DNA of 64,000 nucleotides from a virus, in IMG/VR virus record IMGVR_UViG_3300022856_000003. One strand, given 5' to 3'. A model generated the notes under the pieces. That model saw only the letters and a program-made list of their open reading frames with translations. It was not told the DNA's origin and made no database searches. Positions 52,289 to 62,057 of the stretch are shown here, in pieces. Each line of letters opens with the position of its first letter. Position 1 is the stretch's first letter. Both the position numbers and the translations under genes were made by a program.

Positions 52289-54414
52289 CCACTGACGGCA
52301 TCACCGCAGTCAACCGAGCCAGGTACTCAGCCCGGGACTTCGACACGCTCTTCGACGACATGAAGCAGTATCTCGAGGATCGATATCCGACCGAGTTCAC
52401 GGACTTCCAGTCGACCACCCAGGGCGTAATGCTCATGGACATGCTGGCGCACAGCTTGTCCCAGCTTCATTGGTACATCGATCGCCGAGCGTCTGAGGCA
52501 TACCTCGACACGGCACGTAGGACGAAATCCGCCAGCAGACTCACTCGTCAGCAGGGCTACCGGATGCGCCCCTCTGCGTCATCGAGTGTGGAGCTGTCCG
52601 TCTCGCCAGAAGCCGCTCAGTTGTTCGAGTTCCCTGTCAAACAGGGCTTCAAGTTCACTGGACCGGAAGGACTCATCTTCGAGGCAACCGAGACGGTCAC
52701 TTGGGCCGCTGGCGACACGTCAACGAAGACTGTCTCTGTCCGAGAGGGCACCACGCTTCGTGTGACTTCGGCTTCGGATGGCACCGCAAGCCAGGAGGTT
52801 CGCCTTCCGGCTGCGGACAACGACGGCAACTTCCTCCTGAACAGCTCAGTGGTCGTCTATGTCGATGGCGTCCTGTGGAAAGAGGCTGACTTCCTCGACT
52901 TCGGAGAGAACAACCAGTTCGAGGTCCACTATCACGAGGAGCCTGCGCTGATTCGATTCGGGAACGCCATCAGTGGGAAGATCCCCGACATCGGCTCCGA
53001 CATCCGCATCAGTTACGTCGTCCAACACGGTGAAGGTGGCAACGTAGGCAACGGGACCATCGTCGATGTGGACACGTCGCTGGTGTACCGGTTCACGACC
53101 ATCGCGCTGACGATCACCAACGCGGATGCCAGCTCAGGTGGTGCGGACCCTGAAACCATCGAAGAGGCTCGTCGGAACGCTCCGAGGTTCTTCGGGTCCA
53201 GGAAGCGTGCCGTCACCCAAGAGGACTATCAGGTTCTTGCTGGGGTCTTCACGTCTCCTGAATACGGTGCTATCGCCGCCGCGAATGCCTTCGTAGCTCG
53301 GACGGTTGAAGAGGACCTGGAGGCTCAGGGGTACATCACAACCGTGAAGGGTGAGATAGAGACGTATCAGGTGGTCCTGGCGTCCGATGTGACGGCTGGA
53401 GAGGCGTCCGCTGCATCCGCCGTCGTCTCGACCACCACGCTCGCTCTGAGGTCCTCAGAGGTCGCTACGCAGACTGCTGCAATCATCGCTTCTGCCGCCA
53501 CCCTGGCGACACAGGCGAACGAGCTAGGGGCTCAGAGTCCGCAGATGCAAGCTGTGGTTGACCTGTTCGCGATCATGCTCGCCAACGACGGCACGTGGGC
53601 CTACGACATCGACGAGCTGATCACAGCAACTTCGTCGCTCGCTCCGGTCTCGGCTGATCTGACGAACAACTGGAAGCCAGCTATCACCCTCATGGACAGC
53701 ATCAACACGGCTGTGAAGGCTGTGCTCGACGCCAATGCGCCGGGGCTCAGGACGGGTGCGGTCAACATCGACTCCTACGCGGACCTCGCGGACAGCGCCC
53801 TTGCCGACATCGACACCGAGAACGCGGCCATCATCGTCATCGTGGGCACGGACCTGCCAGCGACATTAACGAGCATTGGCTCGATCGTCGCGACACATGA
53901 GGTGACGATCGACGCCACCCTCGACCTGCTCGAGGCCCACCTCACGGACATCCTGGGTGCCGACTGCAAGACCAACGTCATCACGGTCCCGGTACTGAGC
54001 TTCGACGGAGACGGGAACTACCAGGCACCGAGCCAGGCCCTCCGCAATGAGCTGGAGCGATACCTACAAGGCATTGCGGATGTGGCTCACGTCGTCAACG
54101 TGGTCAGTGGAGTCGCGGACATCGTCGTGGTGGACATCAGCGTCAACCTCAAACAGGCCGATTCCTTCGTGTTCTCCGAGGTGTCTTCTGACACGAACTC
54201 AGTCATCGTCACCGAGATGAAGAAGCGAGAGTTCAGTGCTTCGCTGTACCTCAACAAGGCGTACAAGCTCGTAGAAGACGTGACCGGAGTGGAAGACTTC
54301 GATCTGACCCTGTCGGCTGATGCGACCTATGTGGATTCGGCTGGAAACATCATCTGTCCCGAGTCCAAGGTCCTGACCCTCGGCACCCTCACCATCCTCC
54401 CGCTCGTCACATGA
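52285..54414 (+). CDS. baseplate wedge protein (gp6/gpJ-like) with helical insertion
   Basis: YSARDFDT, IRFGN...GKIP, GGADPET, RAVTQEDY. Confidence 0.9.
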   Translation: MTTDGITAVNRARYSARDFDTLFDDMKQYLEDRYPTEFTDFQSTTQGVMLMDMLAHSLSQLHWYIDRRASEAYLDTARRTKSASRLTRQQGYRMRPSASSSVELSVSPEAAQLFEFPVKQGFKFTGPEGLIFEATETVTWAAGDTSTKTVSVREGTTLRVTSASDGTASQEVRLPAADNDGNFLLNSSVVVYVDGVLWKEADFLDFGENNQFEVHYHEEPALIRFGNAISGKIPDIGSDIRISYVVQHGEGGNVGNGTIVDVDTSLVYRFTTIALTITNADASSGGADPETIEEARRNAPRFFGSRKRAVTQEDYQVLAGVFTSPEYGAIAAANAFVARTVEEDLEAQGYITTVKGEIETYQVVLASDVTAGEASAASAVVSTTTLALRSSEVATQTAAIIASAATLATQANELGAQSPQMQAVVDLFAIMLANDGTWAYDIDELITATSSLAPVSADLTNNWKPAITLMDSINTAVKAVLDANAPGLRTGAVNIDSYADLADSALADIDTENAAIIVIVGTDLPATLTSIGSIVATHEVTIDATLDLLEAHLTDILGADCKTNVITVPVLSFDGDGNYQAPSQALRNELERYLQGIADVAHVVNVVSGVADIVVVDISVNLKQADSFVFSEVSSDTNSVIVTEMKKREFSASLYLNKAYKLVEDVTGVEDFDLTLSADATYVDSAGNIICPESKVLTLGTLTILPLVT

Positions 54415-54415
54415 G

Positions 54416-54429
54416 CGCAATCGATTTCG
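54416..54429. repeat. dispersed palindrome variant (CGCAATCGATTTCG) immediately after a stop codon
   Basis: Reverse complement of the CGAAATCGATTGCG variant. Confidence 0.85.
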
Positions 54430-54440
54430 CGGAGTAGTAC

Positions 54441-55124
54441 ATGCCGTCAACACAAAGGATGGGGATCCCGTACCCGTCGGATGGGCAGGAGGATGCCTTC
54501 GACATCATCGTCGACATGGTCGATTCGATGGATGGTCACCACTTCGCCGCATTCGAGGACAGAAATCTGTTCGTATCGGGTGGTGGAGACTGGACGTGGA
54601 ATTCGGGCACGGGCTCGGTGACCTGGGACGCCACCCTGCGACTCAACACGCCGAACACTGGGATCGCTCAAGACCTCGCCGCATCAAGCGCGATTCTGGT
54701 CGATGGCGACATGCTCGTGATTGACATCTCACGAGGAGCAACCAGCACGGTCACTCTGGTGGCGGCGGTTGACAACGCGCTCGAACCTGACGATGCGGTT
54801 CTCGCTCTGGCCTTTTCCTATGGTGGAAAGCTCTACTTCCGCAACGGCGTAGTCCTCACCCATGGGACCACCTACGCGGTGTTCGAGGAAGGTGCCATCA
54901 GCGCCAGGCCGAACGATCAGGAAGACGTGTTCGTCGCTATCGCTTCTCAGACGACGTTTGCCATGAGCGGGACGCCTGACGCGAATAGTGTGGTCAAGGT
55001 GTACGTTCTAGGCGTGCTCCAATGGAACGACGCTGGTGGCGACTACACGATCGTGGGTACCGACGTGATCTTCAACACGGCAGTGACCACGGGATTTCGC
55101 GTGATCATTCACTACTGGACCTGA
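54441..55124 (+). CDS. putative tail/baseplate structural protein
   Basis: GGAG SD; C-terminal QTTF..VYVLGVLQ..DYT beta module typical of virion proteins. Confidence 0.6.
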   Translation: MPSTQRMGIPYPSDGQEDAFDIIVDMVDSMDGHHFAAFEDRNLFVSGGGDWTWNSGTGSVTWDATLRLNTPNTGIAQDLAASSAILVDGDMLVIDISRGATSTVTLVAAVDNALEPDDAVLALAFSYGGKLYFRNGVVLTHGTTYAVFEEGAISARPNDQEDVFVAIASQTTFAMSGTPDANSVVKVYVLGVLQWNDAGGDYTIVGTDVIFNTAVTTGFRVIIHYWT

Positions 55125-55127
55125 TCC

Positions 55128-56516
55128 ATGCCTCGCAACGGAATCGGCTTTGGACGCGACGCATTTGGGCGTGCCCCTTTCGGGCGTGCCTGGTGGAGTC
55201 GTCGCGTCCTGTGGGAGAACATCCCTGAGTACGACAAGTTGCTGGACACCCAGGAAGGTGGAGGAGCACTCGAAGCCTTCACTCGAGTCATGGGCGACAT
55301 GCTCGACATGCCGAGGACGATGGTCCGTGACTTCGAGCACCTTCGAGATGCCCGAGAGCTGAGGACGAAATGGAACGATAGGATCGTTCTGACTGGCGTC
55401 ACGTACCTCTTCTACGGTCCCGAGGACACCGACGACGTTGATGGTCGACCCTATGTCACCGCGATGGTGACGGATGGAAGGGATCTGCTCGCAGCCAACC
55501 CCGAATGGGCGGTTGATGATGGTTCGACGCAATACGAGATCCGCGTCTTCCGAAAGCAGGACGACGAGTTCGACTTCTACGTGGACTCTCTCCCGACCGT
55601 CACCGCGCTCGAATTGAGGCCACCGAGTCTGCTCGGTCACCTGGGCGCAGATTACGGAGTGAAGGTCGACGGGCATGAGCCCGAGATCAACCAGCGAAGC
55701 TCGGTCTACGACTACCACAAGCTCCTGTATTGGAAGGGCACGAAGTTCGGCATTGAGGTTCGCGCTCTGATGGCTGGCTTCACCGCCAACGTACTGAGCC
55801 TGTACCGCATAGACTCGGACGCCTGGATCGCGACCCTGGGCGCTGATCACGTCTTTGAGATCCCTGACGGGTCAGGGCAGTGGTACACGGACACGCCGCC
55901 CTATTCCGTGCTCTACGACTCGACGCCAGCCGACGTGATCCCGACCGACCAGATCGGTGATTGCACCGACGTTGATCTCCAGTTTGCAGACACGATCGAG
56001 TCAGTGACCGGTGTGGTTTCGGCTTGGGACTGCGTGTTCACCGGACCCGTCTCCCAGGTGGGTAGTGGATACTGGTACTTCGTCTCCGACTCCGACACCG
56101 CTGCGGAGCCGACGAGGTACTACGCTGGTGGAGCTGCTGCGTCTTCGACAGAAGTCCAGATCATCTCCGTGACGAGCCCTCCCATAGGGCCTGGAGTGTG
56201 GCACTACTACTGCACCATCGAGACGGACTGCAATTACTGCAAGAGCTACAAGCTCATCATCGAGCTGGAAATTGCCGACTCGGCTCTGCTGAGTGACGCA
56301 AGGGCTCTCGAGTCTGCTTTCGACCGCATGGAATCGAAGGTCAGCAAGATGTTGCCCGCCCACGTGAAGGTGGTTCAGTACACGTTCTCATCCTCGCATT
56401 CAGCCACAATGGCGATGAGTGGTGCAAGTCAGTCGCAGACCCTCACCTTCGACCAGTACGATGCGGTTGCTGCTGATGTGCAGCCTGCTGATCAGTTCAC
56501 GGTCACGGAGCAATGA
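55128..56516 (+). CDS. baseplate wedge protein (gp7/gpI-like)
   Basis: LLGHLGADYG, WKGT..GI, LPAHV. Confidence 0.7.
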   Translation: MPRNGIGFGRDAFGRAPFGRAWWSRRVLWENIPEYDKLLDTQEGGGALEAFTRVMGDMLDMPRTMVRDFEHLRDARELRTKWNDRIVLTGVTYLFYGPEDTDDVDGRPYVTAMVTDGRDLLAANPEWAVDDGSTQYEIRVFRKQDDEFDFYVDSLPTVTALELRPPSLLGHLGADYGVKVDGHEPEINQRSSVYDYHKLLYWKGTKFGIEVRALMAGFTANVLSLYRIDSDAWIATLGADHVFEIPDGSGQWYTDTPPYSVLYDSTPADVIPTDQIGDCTDVDLQFADTIESVTGVVSAWDCVFTGPVSQVGSGYWYFVSDSDTAAEPTRYYAGGAAASSTEVQIISVTSPPIGPGVWHYYCTIETDCNYCKSYKLIIELEIADSALLSDARALESAFDRMESKVSKMLPAHVKVVQYTFSSSHSATMAMSGASQSQTLTFDQYDAVAADVQPADQFTVTEQ

Positions 56517-56517
56517 C

Positions 56518-56979
56518 ATGAGCGACATGACCATCCAGGACGCCTGGCTCGCGAAGGTGATGGACGCAGTCCAGTCAGGGACCTTCCAGTTCGACATCAG
56601 CTACTTTCGTATCGCCGAGGGCGGCTTCCAGCTCGTGGACGCCGTCGCAGTTGTTCGCGACCCTGACTCCACCTTGACCGACGTGGATGTGAATGAGAAT
56701 CCGTCGAGGTATGCAGCCACCCAGCTCTACTCTTTCCAGAAGACCATCGTCCCCACGAAGATCACCGAGGTCACAAGCCAGTCAGTACAGGTAGAGTGCT
56801 TCGTGGATCCGACAGAGGCGAACGACGACGGGAATGGCTTTGCACCAGAGTTCTGGGAGTTGGGCATCTTCGACAGCGAAGACACCATGATGGGGTACTT
56901 GACGTTTTCGAGTCAGCCGAAGACCGACACCGTCGCCCTTCGCCACTACGCCACCTTTACTATCGCCTTCGTGCCCTGA
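56518..56979 (+). CDS. tail collar/fibre-anchor-like protein
   Basis: EAN...FWELGIFD....YLTF...KT. Confidence 0.6.
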   Translation: MSDMTIQDAWLAKVMDAVQSGTFQFDISYFRIAEGGFQLVDAVAVVRDPDSTLTDVDVNENPSRYAATQLYSFQKTIVPTKITEVTSQSVQVECFVDPTEANDDGNGFAPEFWELGIFDSEDTMMGYLTFSSQPKTDTVALRHYATFTIAFVP

Positions 56980-56991
56980 TCAGGAGACTTC

Positions 56992-58950
56992 ATGTCCACG
57001 ACGCTTTCGACCATCGCTGAGGCCAAGCTCAAGATCCGCTGGGAAGAGCCCTATGTCTCCCAGGCGCTCAACATGGTGGTCGGCGCTCTGAACGCCGGGA
57101 TCCTCATGGGATTCGATGTCCACCCTGGTGGAGGACTTTCTGTTGATCTCGAGGTCAACACGGAGACGGGCCTCTCTGCGATGTTCGTCCGCAACAGCAC
57201 TGATGGCCTCTCCGTGCTGTATCGGGACACGGCTACGGTCGCACTCGATCTATCCGCGCACGCCTCTACAACGATCTACATCGGTGTTGCGGTCACTTAC
57301 GTCACAGGTTCATCCACGACGGGGACCATCAAGGCGTACACCCAGTCCGAGTACGACGCTGGGCTCGGAGATGTCGAACTCATCACCATGGTCGAGGTGC
57401 CCGCCTCGGGGAACATCGCGGATGACGAGATCTACCCGGTGTACTCGGACATGGCATGGAGGGAGCCGCACGAGTCAAACTTCGCTCCGATGCGGACGAT
57501 GTCGCTCGAGCCCATCGGGATCTACTTGCCACAGGAGCGAGGTCCCAAGGACGCTGCCGGAAATGTCCAATCGGACTACGTCGCTACGTCTGGCTCGCAC
57601 ACCGGAAAGGCTTGGACATTCACTTACAACGCCGCTCCGTCTAACAAGTCGATGTACCTGGGCACGGTTCCTGTCGACGCTGAGGAATACCTGCATCTGC
57701 ACTGGCGGATGCTGATCGCGAGCAGCGGTGTCGCGGACACGGGAGGCTGGTATCTGGATTGGCTCGACGAGGACTATGCCTCGCTCGGGACTGAGTACAT
57801 CGGCCTCCCCGTCTCTGCTGACGAGGGGTGGACTGAGTACAAGGATGCCGTCATCGCACCATCCGACGCGAAGTGGGTGAAAGTCTCGTTTGCCGTAGAG
57901 AACATGTCCGCTGGCGTGGTCAAGATGGAGCGCCCACGGGTCGCGTACCGTGACGACAACTCGCGGACCTTCCGCGACGACATCGGTATGCGGAATTTCT
58001 CTGGAGTCACGCTCAACGGAGAGGGCTTCGCTGGCCAGGGCATCATGTGGTACGACGACGCCAGTAGCGTCCTGTCCATCAGTGCCATCGAGGGGTCTGG
58101 AACCTCCCACATGGCTCTCAATGGAGGGACTGGTGGTGGCAACCTGACCTTGACTTTCGTGGGCCAGATGTCGGCCAACGTGGGCGATGTCGACTTCGCA
58201 CTCGCGACTGGCGAGTTCGTCATCAGTCAGGGCAAGCTCCAGGTAACGGAGCAGATCGAGGTTGGAGGCGCTTACTCGGGTGGTTCTGGCGTGACTATCA
58301 CGACCACCGGCAACCTGAGCATGAATGGCGACCTCGTGGTCGACGGGACAATCTCTGCGGCGGGTGGCTTTGTCGCCATCGAGTTGGCCTCACCCTATGA
58401 GCGGAAGTTGCGTCGGCACATGACCGGTGATGAGACTGTTGACGGTGTGGTGTGGCAACCGGCTACGACCCCGGCGTGGACTCCCGCATCAGCGACCCAT
58501 TCGGTCTCTGGATTCTCTGTCCCGTCCTTCGTGGGTTGGGACCACCTTCTGATGGACGGGCTAGGTAGCGGAAACATGTGGCGCTTCCTTGTGCCTCCTG
58601 GGGCCACGGTGACCGACATCCGGCTGGGTGTCGGAGAGGGTGACGCGACAGACAACGTCACCTGGACCTGCCGCATCTACGAGACGGACAACGACAACAC
58701 CGATGAGGGCATGGAGTACATCGGCTCCTTCGCTGATGTCACCTCGCCATGGATCGTCGGAGGTCAGGTCTACAATGAGATGACCATGGCGGCTGATGGT
58801 GGCTGGAGTAATTTCGTCTGTGACAACGGCGAGCTTTGGGTCGAGATCCACGTCGCTAAGACGGGTGGCACGCCTCCTGGATCGGCCTGGTTGCTTTACG
58901 CTCTGAGCGTCGAGTACGAGTTCACCAGCATCGAGAACGCTGGCCGCTGA
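56992..58950 (+). CDS. tail fibre / receptor-binding protein
   Basis: G/T/S-rich beta protein; central carbohydrate-binding-like module (WTEY...APSDAKWVKV); last gene of the baseplate operon. Confidence 0.65.
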   Translation: MSTTLSTIAEAKLKIRWEEPYVSQALNMVVGALNAGILMGFDVHPGGGLSVDLEVNTETGLSAMFVRNSTDGLSVLYRDTATVALDLSAHASTTIYIGVAVTYVTGSSTTGTIKAYTQSEYDAGLGDVELITMVEVPASGNIADDEIYPVYSDMAWREPHESNFAPMRTMSLEPIGIYLPQERGPKDAAGNVQSDYVATSGSHTGKAWTFTYNAAPSNKSMYLGTVPVDAEEYLHLHWRMLIASSGVADTGGWYLDWLDEDYASLGTEYIGLPVSADEGWTEYKDAVIAPSDAKWVKVSFAVENMSAGVVKMERPRVAYRDDNSRTFRDDIGMRNFSGVTLNGEGFAGQGIMWYDDASSVLSISAIEGSGTSHMALNGGTGGGNLTLTFVGQMSANVGDVDFALATGEFVISQGKLQVTEQIEVGGAYSGGSGVTITTTGNLSMNGDLVVDGTISAAGGFVAIELASPYERKLRRHMTGDETVDGVVWQPATTPAWTPASATHSVSGFSVPSFVGWDHLLMDGLGSGNMWRFLVPPGATVTDIRLGVGEGDATDNVTWTCRIYETDNDNTDEGMEYIGSFADVTSPWIVGGQVYNEMTMAADGGWSNFVCDNGELWVEIHVAKTGGTPPGSAWLLYALSVEYEFTSIENAGR

Positions 58951-58959
58951 CCCTCTCGC

Positions 58960-58988
58960 TTGCTTGACAACGCGACCGCTGCTATACT
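58960..58988 (+). promoter_or_regulatory. sigma70-like promoter with extended -10
   Basis: TTGCTT-N17-TATACT, with TGc before the -10. Confidence 0.5.
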
Positions 58989-59022
58989 CGCCTCAGTTCA
59001 CTGATGAACACCCGAGGTGGGT

Positions 59023-59820
59023 ATGCTGCGCGTGCTGGATGACGAACTGCGAAATCGATTGCGCGATGCGATCGATGGCTATGAGAAGACATGCCCTGTG
59101 GGTCCTGACGACCTCAAGTCCGGGCAGGCGGAAGCCTTGCTTCCTTTTATTCGACAGGACTATGCGACCGTCGATGAGTTCTTTCAGATCCGCTCGCAGC
59201 AGGTAGAGGAGGCCGGTCACAAGGTTCAGTGCGGCAACTGCAAGACCGCTAACTGCTGCTACGACTACGCGATAGTCACGCCGCCAGAGATGGTCCTGGT
59301 GATCGACGCCTTCCAGAGACTCGATGTCGACGACCAACTCCACGTAGCCAGACAGAACTGGTCATGGTCGAAGGCCCACAAACCCGAGTCTGAGGTGTTC
59401 CCCATCGTCATGGACGAACCGAAACAGGGAGCCGCCTACTACGAGTTGATGGAGGAAGAGGGCCTCAGCGCAGATCGGATGATGATCGGTATGACGACCG
59501 AGCGCAGCTTCCGAGAGAAGACGCCTTGCTCGTTCCTCAAGGACAATCGGTGCATGATCTACGAGGACAGGCCGCTGGCTTGCCGTGGACACAACTCCAT
59601 CGATCCGCGAGGCCCGAAGGTCTGCACGACCGTCTTGTGGGACATGGTCGCTACGAAGGTCAAGCGATTCGACATGGCCGACATCTGCGCTGCGGCTGTC
59701 AGGAACTACATGAGTGCGGGACTGCCGATGCATCCGAATGGCGAGCTGAACGCTGTACTGGCCCGATGGCTACAGCAGCAAGCGACCCTCGCAAACATGG
59801 ACACCGACGACCAACCCTGA
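59023..59820 (+). CDS. YkgJ/FliB-like Cys-cluster (Fe-S/Zn) protein
   Basis: CGNCKTANCC...CSFL...CMIYEDRPLACR. Confidence 0.8.
   Translation: MLRVLDDELRNRLRDAIDGYEKTCPVGPDDLKSGQAEALLPFIRQDYATVDEFFQIRSQQVEEAGHKVQCGNCKTANCCYDYAIVTPPEMVLVIDAFQRLDVDDQLHVARQNWSWSKAHKPESEVFPIVMDEPKQGAAYYELMEEEGLSADRMMIGMTTERSFREKTPCSFLKDNRCMIYEDRPLACRGHNSIDPRGPKVCTTVLWDMVATKVKRFDMADICAAAVRNYMSAGLPMHPNGELNAVLARWLQQQATLANMDTDDQP
59050..59063. repeat. dispersed palindrome variant (CGAAATCGATTGCG), intragenic
   Basis: Encodes ELRNRLR, as does the copy at 61088. Confidence 0.8.
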
Positions 59821-59870
59821 TACAATCAAACCACGTCAATGAGCCCGCTCAAGGTGAGCCTGGAGGGACG

Positions 59871-60683
59871 ATGGATCCAATGACCGCACAGATGGGGATG
59901 ATCCCCAAGTTCGACCCGCTGGGATTCCCGGTGATGGCCGACATCCTCACGCCGATCGAGATCGGTAACGTCCGCGTCGATACGTTCGTGGTCGATGAGC
60001 AAGAGGCGTTTGTCACGTTCATGAAGTGCCAGTTCAGCGGTGAAGGGAGAACCTACGTCGCCCCTGGTCGCTACGCCCGAATGCTGGTCCGCACAGACCA
60101 GGACATGGCTCCTGACGAGTTCGGAGAGACGGAGGCTAAGTGGCGCATCATGATGTCCGACACTATGGCTGAGCGCGTTGAAACGCAGAAGGCTCTCAAG
60201 AACCTGACCGGCAATGTCCTCGTTGCTGGACTAGGGCTCGGGATGCTTGTTCACGCTCTGGTGTTGAAGCCTGATGTGAAGTCGGTGACCGTCATCGAGG
60301 TCAACCCGTTCGTCATCTCCGCTGTGGCTCCGACGCTGCCGAAAAACGTCACGGTCATTCACAAGTCAGTCTTCGACTGGCAACCGGATCCGGGCGTCGT
60401 CTACGACACGTGGTTCTATGACATCTGGCCGACCATCGGTGAGCACATGCTGACGCAGATGAAGCAGCTTCGCTTCCTACATCAGGACGGTCATTCCAAG
60501 GCCACATGGGTCGAGGGGTGGCTTGAACGCGAACTCGAGGCCGTACAGGCTATCGAGGACTCGATTCTGGAGTACGCGAAGCATCACGGTGTCGACCCTG
60601 TCAAGGTCGTCGGGATGGTGAACTCTCGTATCCGACTCGCCCTGGAAAACGAAGAGGTCAAGCGGATGAGGGAGCAAGGATGA
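59871..60683 (+). CDS. spermidine-synthase-like SAM-dependent methyltransferase
   Basis: MMSDT..E, GNVLVAGLGLG, VTVIE, YDIW. Confidence 0.75.
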   Translation: MDPMTAQMGMIPKFDPLGFPVMADILTPIEIGNVRVDTFVVDEQEAFVTFMKCQFSGEGRTYVAPGRYARMLVRTDQDMAPDEFGETEAKWRIMMSDTMAERVETQKALKNLTGNVLVAGLGLGMLVHALVLKPDVKSVTVIEVNPFVISAVAPTLPKNVTVIHKSVFDWQPDPGVVYDTWFYDIWPTIGEHMLTQMKQLRFLHQDGHSKATWVEGWLERELEAVQAIEDSILEYAKHHGVDPVKVVGMVNSRIRLALENEEVKRMREQG

Positions 60684-61225
60684 AACCCTGCAAATCCTGT
60701 CCGTTTCGCAAGGACTCTCGTCACGGCCTCTGGAGCGCAGCCCACTACCTGCTCGTGGCCTACCTCCAAAGCGCCGACATCCCCAGTCTTCCGTCGATGG
60801 GGTGCCATCAGTACAACGGGAAGGTCAAGCCGAGTCTCAAGGCTGAGGTGTCTCCCTACTGCGGAGGCTGGATTCGCGCCGCCAAAGACAACGTGGCCAT
60901 CGGTATTCGTGTCGCCTTCGGGAGAATCGACAACGATGAGATCCACGATGGGTACGACGTGATGAGCCCCGAGGAGATGGCGAAGACCAACGGGATCGAC
61001 ATGACTCGTGTCCCGGCTCTCCGGTTCGACCATCGCAACCAGGACGTGCAGAGTTACGTGGAATGGCTCAACGAGCACACGGAGCTGCGAAATCGATTGC
61101 GCGCCGATCCTGAGTACGCTCGGACCTTTATCGTTCCTGGGAGTCCACTCGCCAACCCTCCGGGACAGGCCGAGGTTGATGAGATCTTTGGCATCGACAA
61201 TGCCTACCAGCAGGATCAACCATGA
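60680..61225 (+). CDS. Cys-rich protein (DUF6283-like)
   Basis: KPCKSCPFRKD..G.W, GCH, CGGW. Confidence 0.6.
   Translation: MKPCKSCPFRKDSRHGLWSAAHYLLVAYLQSADIPSLPSMGCHQYNGKVKPSLKAEVSPYCGGWIRAAKDNVAIGIRVAFGRIDNDEIHDGYDVMSPEEMAKTNGIDMTRVPALRFDHRNQDVQSYVEWLNEHTELRNRLRADPEYARTFIVPGSPLANPPGQAEVDEIFGIDNAYQQDQP
61088..61101. repeat. dispersed palindrome variant (CGAAATCGATTGCG), intragenic
   Basis: Read directly. Confidence 0.8.
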
Positions 61226-61740
61226 TGTGGAAGCCACTGAACTACGACCCGGATACGGGTGAAGACGACGCTCAATGGGTGCGCTGCTGGTTCGCCTGGG
61301 AATACGAGCCGGGTAAATGGGATGTGTGGAACGAGATCGGACTCGACATCGTTGGCGGGCACGCTCCCATCAATGCGCTGGCGACGATGTTCTGGATGCC
61401 GTTCGTCGCTCCAGTCCCCCCAGCGCCTCCTGGTGAGACAGAAGAGCCTCCAGAGGTCTGGCTCAAGGCCGAGTACCAGGCTCATCGTCGCATCGTCCCT
61501 GATGGTGTCGACGGCACATGGTGTGTGGAGGCTGGCGAGTTTCGATGCTCGATCACTGAGGGGTCCAGCTACGGGAAAGATGACTACCGTGGCTATGTGT
61601 CCATCGTCTGGGTAGGTATCGGTTGGAAGGTTCACGCCTGGATGACGCCGATTAAGGATCGTGAGATCAAGGAGTCATGCTTCGATCGTGTGATTGACGC
61701 TTTCGCGTATGCTCATGCAGAGATGGAGAAGACCCGATGA
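61222..61740 (+). CDS. Trp-rich hypothetical protein
   Basis: ATGA coupling. Confidence 0.6.
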   Translation: MMWKPLNYDPDTGEDDAQWVRCWFAWEYEPGKWDVWNEIGLDIVGGHAPINALATMFWMPFVAPVPPAPPGETEEPPEVWLKAEYQAHRRIVPDGVDGTWCVEAGEFRCSITEGSSYGKDDYRGYVSIVWVGIGWKVHAWMTPIKDREIKESCFDRVIDAFAYAHAEMEKTR

Positions 61741-62057
61741 GCTGGCTCCAAACCTTGCCGCTGACCTCAATGGAGGGCGAGTGGTCCCGCGATGACGGCG
61801 TGTCCATCTACATGGACCCGGAGATCGACGACGCCTCATGGTCTGTTCGACTGCCTGACGGCCACAGGATGCGAACACCGGTTCAAGGGAACATGGAAGG
61901 TGTGGGCGACCGTGCCTGCCAGTGGGTAGACAAGTTCATCGTCGATCAGACCGTTCAGTACGAGCACTGTGGCTGCGACCATCACGGGGACAAGGCTGGC
62001 TGCGAGTTCAACGTCTGCGAATGCAAGTGTGAGTGGAAGGTGGAGAAGATCCGATGA
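61737..62057 (+). CDS. hypothetical protein with Cys/His-rich C-terminus
   Basis: CGCDHH...C...CECKC. Confidence 0.6.
   Translation: MSWLQTLPLTSMEGEWSRDDGVSIYMDPEIDDASWSVRLPDGHRMRTPVQGNMEGVGDRACQWVDKFIVDQTVQYEHCGCDHHGDKAGCEFNVCECKCEWKVEKIR

Noticed and set aside
34836-58950. Stand-alone extracellular contractile injection system or tailocin
   Set aside because: Contiguous with terminase, portal, protease and capsid genes, so it is a phage tail
1070-61101. Palindrome interpreted as CRISPR repeat, REP/MITE or terminator
   Set aside because: Copies are kilobases apart, only 14-18 bp long, and have no loop, U-tract, target duplications or transposase
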